64,000 bases of DNA from an uncultured Nitrospiraceae bacterium (GCA_963811165.1 CAWEQH010000010.1:544001-608000), one strand, 5' to 3'; numbered from the stretch's first letter, positions 30,364-40,733 are shown. The notes: generated by a model from the sequence alone, not told the origin. Translations and numbers: made by a program.

Positions 30364-33035
30364 TACGCTTTCCCCCCTACTTCGTAGAGTTTCTTAATAT
30401 TTTCCTGGATCCTGTCTTTTTTCCTTAAGCACTCTTCGTACTTTTCTTTCTCTTTCGCGATGATATCCTTCGGCGCCCTCCCAAGGAAATCTTCGTTGAG
30501 CAGTTTCTTATTCAGGAAGGCTATACTCTCCTCCACCTTCGCCCCGTCTTTCCTCAGTCTATCAATTTCGAGGTCCACGTTCAAGAGTCCCTCGAGAGGG
30601 ACATATACCTCGACGAAATCTCTGACGGCCGCTGCAGCCCCGCTGGGCTTCCTCACCTCGCCCCCTACCTCGATTATATCGGCCCTTGCGAGCTTGTTCA
30701 GATAAGCCAGATTCCTGTTCAACACCTCCGCCGCCTTCCCTGACTGGGTCTTGATGTGGGCCCTTAGCTCAAGCGAAGGGGACAGGTTCAGTTCCCCGCG
30801 TATCGTTCTGATGCCGGTAACCGTCTCCATAAGAATCGCCATCTCGGCCTCGGCGCCCGCATCCCTCTGGAGCGAACGGGGAAAGCCTGCGACTACGATA
30901 CTTTTGTGCGGCTTCTGTTGCTCACCACCGCTGATCGCGACATGCTGCCAGATCTCCTCCGTGACGTAGGGCATAAAGGGATGCAGAAGTCTCAGGGTCT
31001 TGTCCAGGACATAAAGAAGACATTTCTTCACCCGCCGTTTATCGCCGGAGTCGTCATAGAGGGCCGGCTTGACCATCTCGATATACCAATCGCAGAGTTC
31101 GCGCCATATAAACTGGTAGATACTGTTTGCCGCATCATTGAACCTGAATTCTTCAAGCGAAGCGTTGACTTCTTCCGCCGTTGCGGCAAGCCTGCTCAGG
31201 ATCCATCTGCTGCCGATATCAAGGTCTTCGAATGACATTTTTTCCGGCGCTTCCTCATCTCCGGCGTTAAGGAGTATAAAGCGGGAGGCGTTCCAGAGTT
31301 TGTTGACAAAATGCCGGTAACCCTCCACACGCTCCTCGGCGAACTTCACGTCGCGCCCTTGGGCGGCGAACGCAGCCAGGGTAAAACGGAAGGCGTCGGT
31401 GCCATATTTTTCCATCATGATAAGCGGGTCGATAACATTCCCTTTTGATTTGGACATCTTTTGCCCTGATGCGTCCCTCACTAACGCGTGAATATGGACG
31501 TCTCTAAAGGGTACATCCTTCATAAATTTGAGACCCATCATTATCATGCGGGCGACCCAGAAAAATATTATATCGAACCCCGTCACAAGCGCCGAAGTCG
31601 GATAGTACTTCCTAAGTTCAGGGGTCTCCGCCGGCCAGCCGAGGGTCGAGAAGGGCCAAAGCGCCGATGAAAACCAGGTATCCAGGACATCCTCGTCCTG
31701 CCGCAATTCACCGCTGCACTTTGTGCACTTCGAAGGGGCCTGCCGGGACACGATCACCTCTGCGCAGTCATCGCAATACCAGGCAGGTATGCGGTGCCCC
31801 CACCATATCTGTCTCGATATGCACCAGTCGTTTATATTTTCCATCCACGAAAAATAGGTATTCTCCCAGGTCTTAGGCGTTATTCTGATACTGCCGTCTC
31901 TGACGGCTTCCATCGCCGCGGCGGCCAGAGGCCCGACCTTCACATACCACTGGAGTGCGGAGAGCGGTTCGATAACGGTCTTACACCGGTAGCACTGGCT
32001 GATGGCATGGAGATAGGTATTTTGCTTCGCAATAAGGTCTTGGGCCTTTAGATCATTCAATACCGCTTTCCTGGCTTCATACCTGTCGAGACCTGCGTAT
32101 TTCGACCCTGCATCAGCCGTCATCTTGCCGTCGGGTCCGATCACCGTGATAAAGTCGAGTTGCGGGTTTTGTCTCTTTGCGATCGCTTCGTCATTGAAGT
32201 CATGCGCGGGTGTCACTTTGACCGCACCCGTTCCGAACTCGGTGTCCACTGCCATGTCGGCAACAATCGGGATCTTTCTGTCGGTAAGGGGCAGCAAGAC
32301 CTTTTTCCCGATCATTTCCGCATAACGGGTGTCTTCCGGGTTCACCGCGACCGCGGTATCCCCCAACATTGTCTCGGGGCGGGTCGTGGCGACAATTATA
32401 TGCCCGCTGCCGTCCTCAAAGGGATATCTGATAAATGTGAGCTTGCCCTCGAAATCCTCATGCTCCACCTCGATGTCCGAAAGTGCGGTCTGGCACCGCG
32501 GGCACCAATTGATCAACCTCTTGTCGCGGTAGATAAGTCCCTGTTCATAAAGACTTACAAAGACCTCCCCCACCGCCTCGGACAGGCCCGAGTCGAGGGT
32601 AAATCGTTCCCTAGTCCAATCGCAGGAAGCACCGAGCCTCTTGAGCTGATGGATGATCCTCCCGCCGTATTCGGCCTTCCATTTCCAGACACGTTCGATA
32701 AAAGGGTCCCTGCCAAGCTGATGTCTGTCGACTTTCTCGGCAGCCAGCTGGCGCTCGACCACATTTTGGGTAGCGATACCCGCATGGTCCATGCCGGGGA
32801 CCCAAAGCGCATCAAAACCCGACATCCTCTTCCATCGAATCAATATGTCCTGGAGGGTCGTGTTAAGGGCATGGCCCATATGAAGCGAACCGGTAACGTT
32901 GGGCGGAGGGATAACGATCGAATAGGGCTCCTTGTCGGACGACGGGTCAGCAACAAAAAAACTCCCTGCGGTCCAATACTCGTACCACTTTTCCTCGACG
33001 CCTTCTGGATTATAACTTTTATTTAATTCTGCCAT
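30363..33035 (-). CDS. valS: Valine-tRNA ligase
   Basis: PPPNVTGSLHMGH, DWCISRQIWWGH, KMSKS. Confidence 0.98.
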   Translation of the reverse strand: MAELNKSYNPEGVEEKWYEYWTAGSFFVADPSSDKEPYSIVIPPPNVTGSLHMGHALNTTLQDILIRWKRMSGFDALWVPGMDHAGIATQNVVERQLAAEKVDRHQLGRDPFIERVWKWKAEYGGRIIHQLKRLGASCDWTRERFTLDSGLSEAVGEVFVSLYEQGLIYRDKRLINWCPRCQTALSDIEVEHEDFEGKLTFIRYPFEDGSGHIIVATTRPETMLGDTAVAVNPEDTRYAEMIGKKVLLPLTDRKIPIVADMAVDTEFGTGAVKVTPAHDFNDEAIAKRQNPQLDFITVIGPDGKMTADAGSKYAGLDRYEARKAVLNDLKAQDLIAKQNTYLHAISQCYRCKTVIEPLSALQWYVKVGPLAAAAMEAVRDGSIRITPKTWENTYFSWMENINDWCISRQIWWGHRIPAWYCDDCAEVIVSRQAPSKCTKCSGELRQDEDVLDTWFSSALWPFSTLGWPAETPELRKYYPTSALVTGFDIIFFWVARMIMMGLKFMKDVPFRDVHIHALVRDASGQKMSKSKGNVIDPLIMMEKYGTDAFRFTLAAFAAQGRDVKFAEERVEGYRHFVNKLWNASRFILLNAGDEEAPEKMSFEDLDIGSRWILSRLAATAEEVNASLEEFRFNDAANSIYQFIWRELCDWYIEMVKPALYDDSGDKRRVKKCLLYVLDKTLRLLHPFMPYVTEEIWQHVAISGGEQQKPHKSIVVAGFPRSLQRDAGAEAEMAILMETVTGIRTIRGELNLSPSLELRAHIKTQSGKAAEVLNRNLAYLNKLARADIIEVGGEVRKPSGAAAAVRDFVEVYVPLEGLLNVDLEIDRLRKDGAKVEESIAFLNKKLLNEDFLGRAPKDIIAKEKEKYEECLRKKDRIQENIKKLYEVGGKA

Positions 33036-33097
33036 AACAAAGAAAGACGGGGAATCGGCACCGCCTTTTCCCCGCCCTCACATTAAGGAATTTATCT

Positions 33098-34096
33098 TTA
33101 TAACTCGGATTTTATTCTTTCAATCTCTTTCAAAATCATCGTGCTGGCAAGATCAGGTACGGTTTCCCAGATAACTTTTTCAACCTCTTTCGTCAGAGAT
33201 GCCATAGAGTTCTTCAGGCTCTCCCGGAGCATCTTTTCGACAAGTTCGGGAGCGATTTCCCAAAGGACCTTATCTATCGAATCTCTAAGAGAAGGCATCA
33301 GGGCGGCAAAAAGCGATTCCTTTATATCAAGGGACGCAAGAGAAGCCAACACCTTTTCCTGTATCGTCTTTTCGAATATGGCAATCAGTTCATCTTTTGA
33401 GGGCATCGAGATCTGAGGAACAACCTGAGGCATGACGGTCTCCGTGCGGAGTTGGGGGGCGATGACCGGTTCGATAACTGCTTTTTGGACGCCGATCTCT
33501 TCGCCGGGTAATTCGAACTCGGCCACTGTTGCAGACAGTTCTTCCTCCGCAAAGGCCTCCTCGGCCAACTCCCCGGAAACAGCAGGAACTTCCTCCATGG
33601 CCCAGAGGTCTTCTTCCAGTCCTGCAATATTCACACCCTCTTTTTCACCTATTTCCTCCGCCTCTTCGGCAATTTCGAACACTTCCTCGCCCTCATCGGC
33701 AACACTCGCCTCCCGGCTGTCCGCGGCAACCATAGTCAACACCGCATTGATCTTGCTTATAAGTTCCTGCGACTCAAACGGTTTTATAACGGAATCATCA
33801 GCGCCGACCGTCCGTAAAAGTTCCTCGTCTATCGGCTCGAATGCGCCGGCGAGCAAAATTACCGGTATGCCTGAGGTCTTGGGGTTTTGCTTGATTTTCT
33901 CGCAAAGCTGATAGCCATTGATCTTCGGCATCTCGATATCGGCAAGGACGATCTCCGGTCTGAAGCTATCCATAGCATTAAGGGCATCCTCACCATTGCT
34001 TACAGACTTGATCTCAAAATCTTCTTCAGCGAGAACAAGCTCTACTACCTTCTGAATCGTGATGCTGTCGTCCGCAAGCAAAAGCCTATGAGCCAT
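33098..34096 (-). CDS. RomR-like response regulator (receiver + acidic linker + C-terminal helical motif)
   Basis: LLADDSITIQKVV receiver; C-terminal EKVIWETVPDLA..KEIERIK; lies directly upstream of valS. Confidence 0.8.
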   Translation of the reverse strand: MAHRLLLADDSITIQKVVELVLAEEDFEIKSVSNGEDALNAMDSFRPEIVLADIEMPKINGYQLCEKIKQNPKTSGIPVILLAGAFEPIDEELLRTVGADDSVIKPFESQELISKINAVLTMVAADSREASVADEGEEVFEIAEEAEEIGEKEGVNIAGLEEDLWAMEEVPAVSGELAEEAFAEEELSATVAEFELPGEEIGVQKAVIEPVIAPQLRTETVMPQVVPQISMPSKDELIAIFEKTIQEKVLASLASLDIKESLFAALMPSLRDSIDKVLWEIAPELVEKMLRESLKNSMASLTKEVEKVIWETVPDLASTMILKEIERIKSEL

Positions 34097-34209
34097 CCTA
34101 CACCTCTTAAAGGTATTTCAAGAATTTTATTGTTATGTGCTGAAAAAGTCAAGACTTTTTCGTATGCGGTGCGTCCGGCTGAGCACCCGGCTCAGCATGA
34201 AGAGACGCC

Positions 34210-34413
34210 TCAGCCGCCCCCGCCAAATCCACCAGATGGGCCCGGGGAAGAAAAGCCGGCATCAGCGCTTGAGCAACAGAAAGAAGACATGAGCTTTTTC
34301 ACCTCTGTGGAAGAGCATTTCGGACAATCCGTATCTTTTTCCGTAGAGCTCACCTTCTGAAGAAGCGAGAATCTTTCTCCGCAGGATTTGCAGATGTATT
34401 CATAAATAGGCAT
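34210..34413 (-). CDS. FmdB-family zinc ribbon protein
   Basis: MPIYEYICKSCG..CPKCSS. Confidence 0.9.
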   Translation of the reverse strand: MPIYEYICKSCGERFSLLQKVSSTEKDTDCPKCSSTEVKKLMSSFCCSSADAGFSSPGPSGGFGGGG

Positions 34414-34628
34414 ATGCCACCTCCCGAAAGTTTCTACTGTTACTCAATATTTTAATGATCCGACCTGCTTCAAGTCAATGAGTGTTAACCGCCTCTTCAG
34501 ATTAATAGTCTCCCCTCACCCCTCTTTGCCGAAGAGGAGAAAAGATATCTCCAGTTCACGTACAGTAATTGAAGGATACGTTGACATACGATTTACATCC
34601 CTTTTAATTTTGATATACTTTAGCTGAC

Positions 34629-35642
34629 ATGAAGGAGGCCATGATATATGAAAGGCTGAAAGGCGGCGATGTCAGATGCCACCTGTGCGGCCACAACTGC
34701 CTTATCAAGGAAGACCAAAGAGGGATATGCGCAGTACGGGAGAACCGCGAGGGAACTCTGTACAGCCTCGTGTACGGTAAGGTTATCTCGATGAACATCG
34801 ACCCTGTCGAAAAGAAGCCCCTTTTTCATTTCCTCCCTTCTTCAAGCTCTCTGTCCATAGCCACCGTGGGATGTAATTTTCGCTGCAAACACTGCCAAAA
34901 CTACGAGATATCACAATTTCCCAGGGAACGGAAATTTTCGATTCCGGGTAAAGACGTTTCCGTTGAGGACATTGTAGACACTGCTCAACAGAACCATTGC
35001 AAAAGCATATCCTATACCTATACGGAGCCTACTATCTTTTTTGAATTCGCCTACGACTGCTCACGGACAGCCCGGGAAAAGGGGATCATGAACGTCTTTG
35101 TGAGTAACGGATACACCGGGCCTGAGGCGGCCCGACTCATCGCCCCTTATCTGAGTGCAAATAACATCGACCTAAAGGGAAGCGACAAATTCTACAGGGA
35201 GATTTGCGGTGCAAGGCTCGGGCCGGTAAAAGAGACTATCAGGCTTATGAAAGAACTGGGCGTTTGGGTTGAAGTGACGACACTTATCATACCGGACCTA
35301 AATGATTCAGAAAAAGACCTGACGGACATAGCCGAGTTCATCTGTTCCGTCGACCCTGCCATCCCCTGGCACGTAAGTCAGTTCTACCCGACATACCAGC
35401 TTCTCGACAAACCCCGCACTCCGATAGAAAAGCTGAGACTGGCAAAAGAAATCGGACAGAAATCAGGACTCAAGTTTATCTATGAGGGCAATGTCCCCGG
35501 CGGAGGAGGAGAAAATACCTCCTGTCCTGTCTGTGCGGAGGTACTGATCACGAGGTTCGGGTACAGGGTCACCGAAAACAAGATCAAAGAGAACAAATGC
35601 CCTAAGTGCGGAAGCCTGATCGAGGGAGTCTGGGCCGTTTAA
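34629..35642 (+). CDS. amrS: AmmeMemoRadiSam radical SAM enzyme
   Basis: DPVEKKPLFHF, GCNFRCKHCQN, YTYTEP, NIDLKG, VEVTTL. Confidence 0.9.
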   Translation: MKEAMIYERLKGGDVRCHLCGHNCLIKEDQRGICAVRENREGTLYSLVYGKVISMNIDPVEKKPLFHFLPSSSSLSIATVGCNFRCKHCQNYEISQFPRERKFSIPGKDVSVEDIVDTAQQNHCKSISYTYTEPTIFFEFAYDCSRTAREKGIMNVFVSNGYTGPEAARLIAPYLSANNIDLKGSDKFYREICGARLGPVKETIRLMKELGVWVEVTTLIIPDLNDSEKDLTDIAEFICSVDPAIPWHVSQFYPTYQLLDKPRTPIEKLRLAKEIGQKSGLKFIYEGNVPGGGGENTSCPVCAEVLITRFGYRVTENKIKENKCPKCGSLIEGVWAV

Positions 35643-36010
35643 GCTTCGGAGTTGCCGCCTTCCAAGATCATCGCTATCTCCTCCTGCAGCACTTTGTAGT
35701 TAAGGGGCTTCCCCAGAAACATATTCGCCCCCGCCTCGATAAACAGCATGCCGACATCCATTGCGCTCATCGCGATCACGGGAAGGAGGGCCCACCTCTT
35801 CCTGACTTGCCTGACAAATTCGATCCCGTCCATCCCGGGCATCTGATAGTCAACGATTATGAGACTATATATTTCTTCTTCAAGGCGAAGTAACGCACCC
35901 ATGCCGTTATCGGCGCAGTTTACCGAGTAGCCGTTTATCTCGCAAACCTCCGCCAGCATTTCTCTAATACCGGCTTCGTCATCTACTATAAGGATTCTCC
36001 CCGTCCCCAT
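35639..36010 (-). CDS. Single-domain response regulator
   Basis: ILIVDDE, VDYQMPGMDG, KP. Confidence 0.88.
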   Translation of the reverse strand: MGTGRILIVDDEAGIREMLAEVCEINGYSVNCADNGMGALLRLEEEIYSLIIVDYQMPGMDGIEFVRQVRKRWALLPVIAMSAMDVGMLFIEAGANMFLGKPLNYKVLQEEIAMILEGGNSEA

Positions 36011-36120
36011 AACAAAAATAATATACTACCCTTAGTTGTGTTTGTCAACCCATGCACTACTTTAGGTTTATAGACTTTTGACCCGCCGCCAAGCAAAATG
36101 AAAGGCAATAATTGACCACG

Positions 36121-36486
36121 ATGAAAACGCCGAAACTTAAACAATATATCGGGCAGGTAATCAGGGATGCGCGTCTCTCCTCCGGCATGTCCCAGATGCG
36201 GCTTGCGGAAAAAATCGGCATCTCCTACCAACAGGTGCAGAAGTATGAAAGGGGAACAAGCGAGCTGACGCTTACGAGACTTCATCAGATGGCGGAAGCC
36301 CTCCAAATTCCGATCAGCTCATTTTTGCATAGCGACAATCTCGTCGTTTCGGAAGTGAGGGCCGTTTATGGGAAATTAAGCGGCGACGAAGAGACCCTCT
36401 TAAGACTGTTCAGAAAAATCAAAGGCGATAAAGCGAAAAAAATCGCACTTTCAATAATTAAGGCCATTGGGGAACAGGGGAGCTGA
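36121..36486 (+). CDS. XRE-family HTH transcriptional regulator
   Basis: GMSQMRLAEKIGISYQQVQKYERG. Confidence 0.9.
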   Translation: MKTPKLKQYIGQVIRDARLSSGMSQMRLAEKIGISYQQVQKYERGTSELTLTRLHQMAEALQIPISSFLHSDNLVVSEVRAVYGKLSGDEETLLRLFRKIKGDKAKKIALSIIKAIGEQGS

Positions 36487-36539
36487 TCGGATACGTTTCC
36501 TCCCGAAAGTGGCCAATACGTTCCGAAAGGTTGAACCCT

Positions 36540-37016
36540 TCACCCTGCAGACTTTAGTACCATAATTACTGCATCTTCGGAAGGGGAAACATAATAATTT
36601 TTCCTTGTTCCCAAGACCTCAAAACCGAATTTAGCGTACATTTTTTTTGCAGGTCCGTTTGAGTCCCTCACTTCAAGAAAGATAAACCTGCAGCCCTCCT
36701 CTTTAAGGCGCTCAATTGCCAGGGAAACAAGCGTTGACGCTATGCCGAGCATTCTGTATTGGGGATGTACGGCCACATCCAGGACATGTCCTTCATCGAT
36801 TATCCAGCCAAAACATATGTAGCCCACGACTCTCCCGCCCTTTTTCGCAACCTTCAGCGATGACCTCGGGTTCTTCAACTCGTTGAAAAAAGAGGTCTCG
36901 GACCATGGTGTGGTGAACGATACTCTCTCTATTTCAATGACAGCCGGAAGATCGCCCGGCTTCATGTCTTCAATACTAATATCCTCCCCGATACGGTTCA
37001 GGCCTTCTCCGACCAT
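36540..37016 (-). CDS. rimI: Ribosomal protein S18 alanine N-acetyltransferase
   Basis: SFTTPWS, AVHPQYR..GIA, LEVR.SN..A..MY..FGF..RKNYY..EDA; start uncertain. Confidence 0.9.
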   Translation of the reverse strand: MVGEGLNRIGEDISIEDMKPGDLPAVIEIERVSFTTPWSETSFFNELKNPRSSLKVAKKGGRVVGYICFGWIIDEGHVLDVAVHPQYRMLGIASTLVSLAIERLKEEGCRFIFLEVRDSNGPAKKMYAKFGFEVLGTRKNYYVSPSEDAVIMVLKSAG

Positions 37017-37690
37017 TTCACCTCTGCCTCGGATTTTCTTATGTAATAGGGTACCTGATCTGAGGCATCCGCATAATCCCCTTTTTCCGCCTTCTTAAGG
37101 CCGAGCATCGCCACATTTGCAGGCGAAGGCACCATCGTCTGGGGAGAACCCATCAGTGCCCTTTCCCTCATGATATCAGCGATCTTCATTGCATAGAGCG
37201 GGACCCCTTCACCGGCAAACAAGACAACACCCTCAAGCGACCTAAGCAGGTCCTCCGGTTTTATCGATGTCTCGGGGACCAAACGGCGAAACCCGCCATT
37301 TTCCCATTTAAAGACCGCCGTATAGACCTCGCCCTTTCTCGCGTCGAGCATAAGGCATACCGGATACGGGCAGTATTGGAAATTCCATGCAAAAGCCTCA
37401 AGCGTAGGCACGGTCACGATTTCTTTTCCAGTGGCGTACGAGAGTCCCTTGACCGTGCTTAGCCCTATCCTGAGACCGGTAAATGAACCGGGGCCTATCG
37501 CGACCGCAAAGGCATCGATGCCGTCCAGGTCAAGTTCGGACTGTTTTAAAAGGTTGTCGATGGCCGTCATAAGCCTCTCGGAATGCGTGGTCTTCACATT
37601 AAGCCTCGTCTCTGCGACAAGCCCCTTCTCACTGTCAACCACCGCTACACCGCCGAGCATCGTTGACGTTTCTACCGCAAGCACTCTCAT
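36998..37690 (-). CDS. tsaB: t6A biosynthesis protein TsaB
   Basis: LAVETST, HSERL, GPGSFTGLRIG, DARKGEVY, PYYIRKSEAE. Confidence 0.95.
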   Translation of the reverse strand: MRVLAVETSTMLGGVAVVDSEKGLVAETRLNVKTTHSERLMTAIDNLLKQSELDLDGIDAFAVAIGPGSFTGLRIGLSTVKGLSYATGKEIVTVPTLEAFAWNFQYCPYPVCLMLDARKGEVYTAVFKWENGGFRRLVPETSIKPEDLLRSLEGVVLFAGEGVPLYAMKIADIMRERALMGSPQTMVPSPANVAMLGLKKAEKGDYADASDQVPYYIRKSEAEVKWSEKA

Positions 37691-37721
37691 ACTATAGCTA
37701 TTATAGCCGAACCGGCAGGCA

Positions 37722-38948
37722 TCAGGCGCGTTTTCCCGCTCCAATTTCCTTTGTTCCCAGGTGTCCTTTCGCAAATATCGCAGAAGCAAGAATGCATATT
37801 AGACCGCCCACCATCACCGCATTGGCTGTTCCGATCATGTGCGCGGCAACACCCATTAATGAATTTCCTACGGGTACAAACCCCAGGAAGACGAACGAAT
37901 ACACACTCATCACCCTTCCCCTCAGTTCATCCGGCACCGAGACCTGGATAAAACTGTTAGCCGCGGCAAGATAACTGACCATTCCCCAGCCGCCAACCAT
38001 TATCACCACTATGGATATCCAAAAAATCCTCGTAAAGGAAAAAACAAAAAGCGCGGTTGAAAAGAGAAGCGCAGCGATCGACATGAACCTTGTTTTATTT
38101 TCAATGTTTCCCATCACCGCAATGCCCAAGGCCGCAGTAAGAGCGCCTATCCCCGAAGCGCCGACAAGAAAGCCGAGCCCTTTCGCGCCCCTATGGAAAA
38201 CCTCAACGGCAAAGACAGGCAGCAGGTTAATATAAGGAAGCCCGACTATGCTGAAAATCGCGATGAGGACCATCGCGCGTTTGATCTCTTTCTTACTCCT
38301 GATAAAAGCTATGCCCTTCATAAAATCGCTGACGACCCCCTCCGAACTCCCCAGTATCTCTCCCCGTGCGTCCATTTTAGAGAGGGCGAAGATCACTGCG
38401 ACAAAGCTCGCGGCGTTGATGAAAAAGCAGGCAGGCAGGCCGAAGTATTCAATCGACAGACCGGCGATCATCGGCCCTATTATCCGCGCGCCGTTGAAGG
38501 CGGCGGAATTCAGCCCTATCGCGTTTACGACATGGCCCCTCCCCACCATCTCGATCAGAAAAGATTGTCTCGTCGGCACATCGACCGCGTTGATCGTACC
38601 CAGAAATGCGGCAAGAAGGGCCACCTCCCATACCTTGATGGCACCCATGCTGGTAAGTATGCCAAGAAGAAGTGCAGGGATTATCGAAAGCGCCTGGGTC
38701 ACCAATAGCAGGTTGCGTTTGGGGAACCTGTCGGCGATCATTCCGCCGATAAGCGTAAAAAGAAGGATTGGAAACGCCGCCGAGGCCGCCACTATCCCCA
38801 AATACAAAGGAGACTTTGTCAGACTGTAGACAAGCCATCCCTGGGCGACAGACTGCATCCAGGTCCCGGATAGCGAGATCAGCTGCCCGAACCAAAAGAG
38901 CCTGAAGTCCCTGTAGCTTAACGCGGAAAACCTTCCCACATTCGACAT
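37722..38948 (-). CDS. MFS transporter
   Basis: FRLFWFGQLISLSGTWMQ, GGMIADR, about 12 hydrophobic segments. Confidence 0.92.
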   Translation of the reverse strand: MSNVGRFSALSYRDFRLFWFGQLISLSGTWMQSVAQGWLVYSLTKSPLYLGIVAASAAFPILLFTLIGGMIADRFPKRNLLLVTQALSIIPALLLGILTSMGAIKVWEVALLAAFLGTINAVDVPTRQSFLIEMVGRGHVVNAIGLNSAAFNGARIIGPMIAGLSIEYFGLPACFFINAASFVAVIFALSKMDARGEILGSSEGVVSDFMKGIAFIRSKKEIKRAMVLIAIFSIVGLPYINLLPVFAVEVFHRGAKGLGFLVGASGIGALTAALGIAVMGNIENKTRFMSIAALLFSTALFVFSFTRIFWISIVVIMVGGWGMVSYLAAANSFIQVSVPDELRGRVMSVYSFVFLGFVPVGNSLMGVAAHMIGTANAVMVGGLICILASAIFAKGHLGTKEIGAGKRA

Positions 38949-39211
38949 GATGATATTGTAACCCAAAATCAGGACGCAGTCCGCCCACTTTCAGACCGGC
39001 GCCATTATAAAAAACAGGGGACTCCCCTTTCGAAAAAGGCCCGGCGCAATGGCAGTCATTACCCGGTGATGCCGTTTTTTTTCCATCCTTTTGAAAAAAA
39101 AGACCTGCGACATTTATAATGGGGAGGACGCTCCGCACGGGCGGGTCCGCGGTAGTCACCTTCCCGGAGAAGATTGCGAGGCTTACAAAATTATATCCTA
39201 AAGGAGTTATT

Positions 39212-39619
39212 ATGACAGATCTGATAAAACCGTCGCTGAACTTTACCATAATCTGCGACGACGTGCGGCAGGAGATGGGCGGAAAATTAAGCCTCATGGG
39301 ACTTTTTGAAAACATATACGCCGAGAAATTCCCTGCGGTCCACCCGAGGGTCGCGATAATTTCCGAATGGGCGGGCGGCAAGGGAGAATTTGGTATTCGA
39401 ATGCGTATCCTCACCCCCGACGGAAAGACGGTGATCAGGGAAACGCATTCAAAGATGTCCCTAAACGGCGTCAATTACAGACACCGGGACGTCTCTGTCC
39501 ACCTGAATGTGGAACTCCAGACCCCCGGCACTTACTGGGTCGAGAATTATCTCGATGACGAGCTGATAAACTCCATACCGCTCAACGTCGTACAAGTCAA
39601 GGGTCAGCAGGTCCATTAA
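39212..39619 (+). CDS. DUF6941-like hypothetical protein
   Basis: ICDDVRQE..GKLSLMGLF..PGTYWVE; SD AAGGAG. Confidence 0.65.
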   Translation: MTDLIKPSLNFTIICDDVRQEMGGKLSLMGLFENIYAEKFPAVHPRVAIISEWAGGKGEFGIRMRILTPDGKTVIRETHSKMSLNGVNYRHRDVSVHLNVELQTPGTYWVENYLDDELINSIPLNVVQVKGQQVH

Positions 39620-39990
39620 TGGACATCTTTTCGAAGATCGCGGAGCAGAGGATCAGGGAGGCGATCGAAAACGGTGAGTTTGAAGACCTTGAAAATGCAG
39701 GCAGACCGATCGCCTTCGAGGACGAGACCTGGATACCTGAAGACCTCAGGACCGCTTACAGGGTGCTGAAGAATGCCGGCTGTATTCCGCAAGAGCTCCA
39801 GTTGAGAAAAGAGGTCCTGAGTCTTCGGGACCTCATACACACCATAGACGACGATAGCGAACGGTTGAGGAAGATCAGGGAACTCAATTTCAAGCTGATA
39901 AAACTGGGTGAGATTCGAAAGGGTCCGTTGAACATCGAGCGCTTCCCGGAGTATGAAAAGAAGATATTCGAGAAGTTGACGGAATCGTAA
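39619..39990 (+). CDS. DUF1992 domain protein
   Basis: IAEQRIREAIENGEFEDL..G.P..PEDLR.AYRVLKNAG..P.EL. Confidence 0.85.
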   Translation: MDIFSKIAEQRIREAIENGEFEDLENAGRPIAFEDETWIPEDLRTAYRVLKNAGCIPQELQLRKEVLSLRDLIHTIDDDSERLRKIRELNFKLIKLGEIRKGPLNIERFPEYEKKIFEKLTES

Positions 39991-40095
39991 TCACCAGCGA
40001 CCATTCCTACAAGCACGCATCATTTTTCAAGTGTGGTGAGAGAGTTTATACATAAAAAGAGTCGGTCATCTTTGCCCGAGTGTTCGCACGAAAAG

Positions 40096-40125
40096 TTGTC
40101 AATGTCGGATCGCTTGAATTATAAT
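40096..40125 (+). promoter_or_regulatory. Sigma70 promoter, presumed original tRNA-Ser promoter
   Basis: TTGTCA-N18-TATAAT, 10 nt before the tRNA 5' fragment. Confidence 0.7.
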
Positions 40126-40134
40126 GAGAGTCCG

Positions 40135-40156
40135 CGGAGAGGTGCCAGAGCGGTTG
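40135..40156 (+). repeat. attL-like direct repeat: displaced 5' end of tRNA-Ser(CGA)
   Basis: CGGAGAGGTGCCAGAGCGGTTG is identical to 57272-57293. Confidence 0.92.
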
Positions 40157-40733
40157 GCGCAATTTGGGACTTTGCAAAGGCTTGAAAATACCTTAAAAAG
40201 CCTTGCCAGACAAGGATTCACAGGTTATCTTAGTTATTTATAGATAGATATATTTCTACCACTTTTGATGTAACATTTTCACGTTTTTTTCACGGTGGCG
40301 ATTATGGTGTAGGCGATATCTGAAATTGACCTGAAAATGATACGGCCCAGGCCCACTCCAATTTGTCGGCATTTTCCACAACATTCTTGCCAACTTTCAG
40401 GAGAAGCGTCGGGTTCGCCCCGAAATACGCACGGAGATGTACTTCCTCCGCACAAATTTCGATTTGCTGAAACTATTTCTTTCCGTTCAAACTCCGTAAA
40501 ATAGAGGGGGCTCAGCGGACGAGAAGTACTCCCTAAAATTCGCGCCGACAGCCTCTTCTCTAAATTGACAACTTTCAATCCGAAAGAATCGGGCCGGATT
40601 GGATTATGTTTATTCAGAAAGTGGAAGTACCGTTTTTTTTCGACGCCTTAGCTCAGTCTGAATATTTAAGACCGTTCCAAAAATCTCTTTTTTCTAAGGT
40701 TCTGCTTTTTTTCTTAAAAGCGATTTGCATGCA

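Noticed and set aside
36041..36072. BirA-like operator TGTCAACC-N14-GGTTTATA
   Set aside because: It lies 8 kb from bioB/bioW, between a response regulator and an XRE gene; more likely chance or part of the XRE control region
38449..39474. 341-aa minus-strand ORF and other long shadow ORFs (e.g. 10254-11123, 32160-33026)
   Set aside because: They overlap well-supported genes in other frames or strands and show no recognisable motifs
40480..40630. Response-regulator remnant (GLSGREVLPKIRA)
   Set aside because: Too short and disrupted to support without a search
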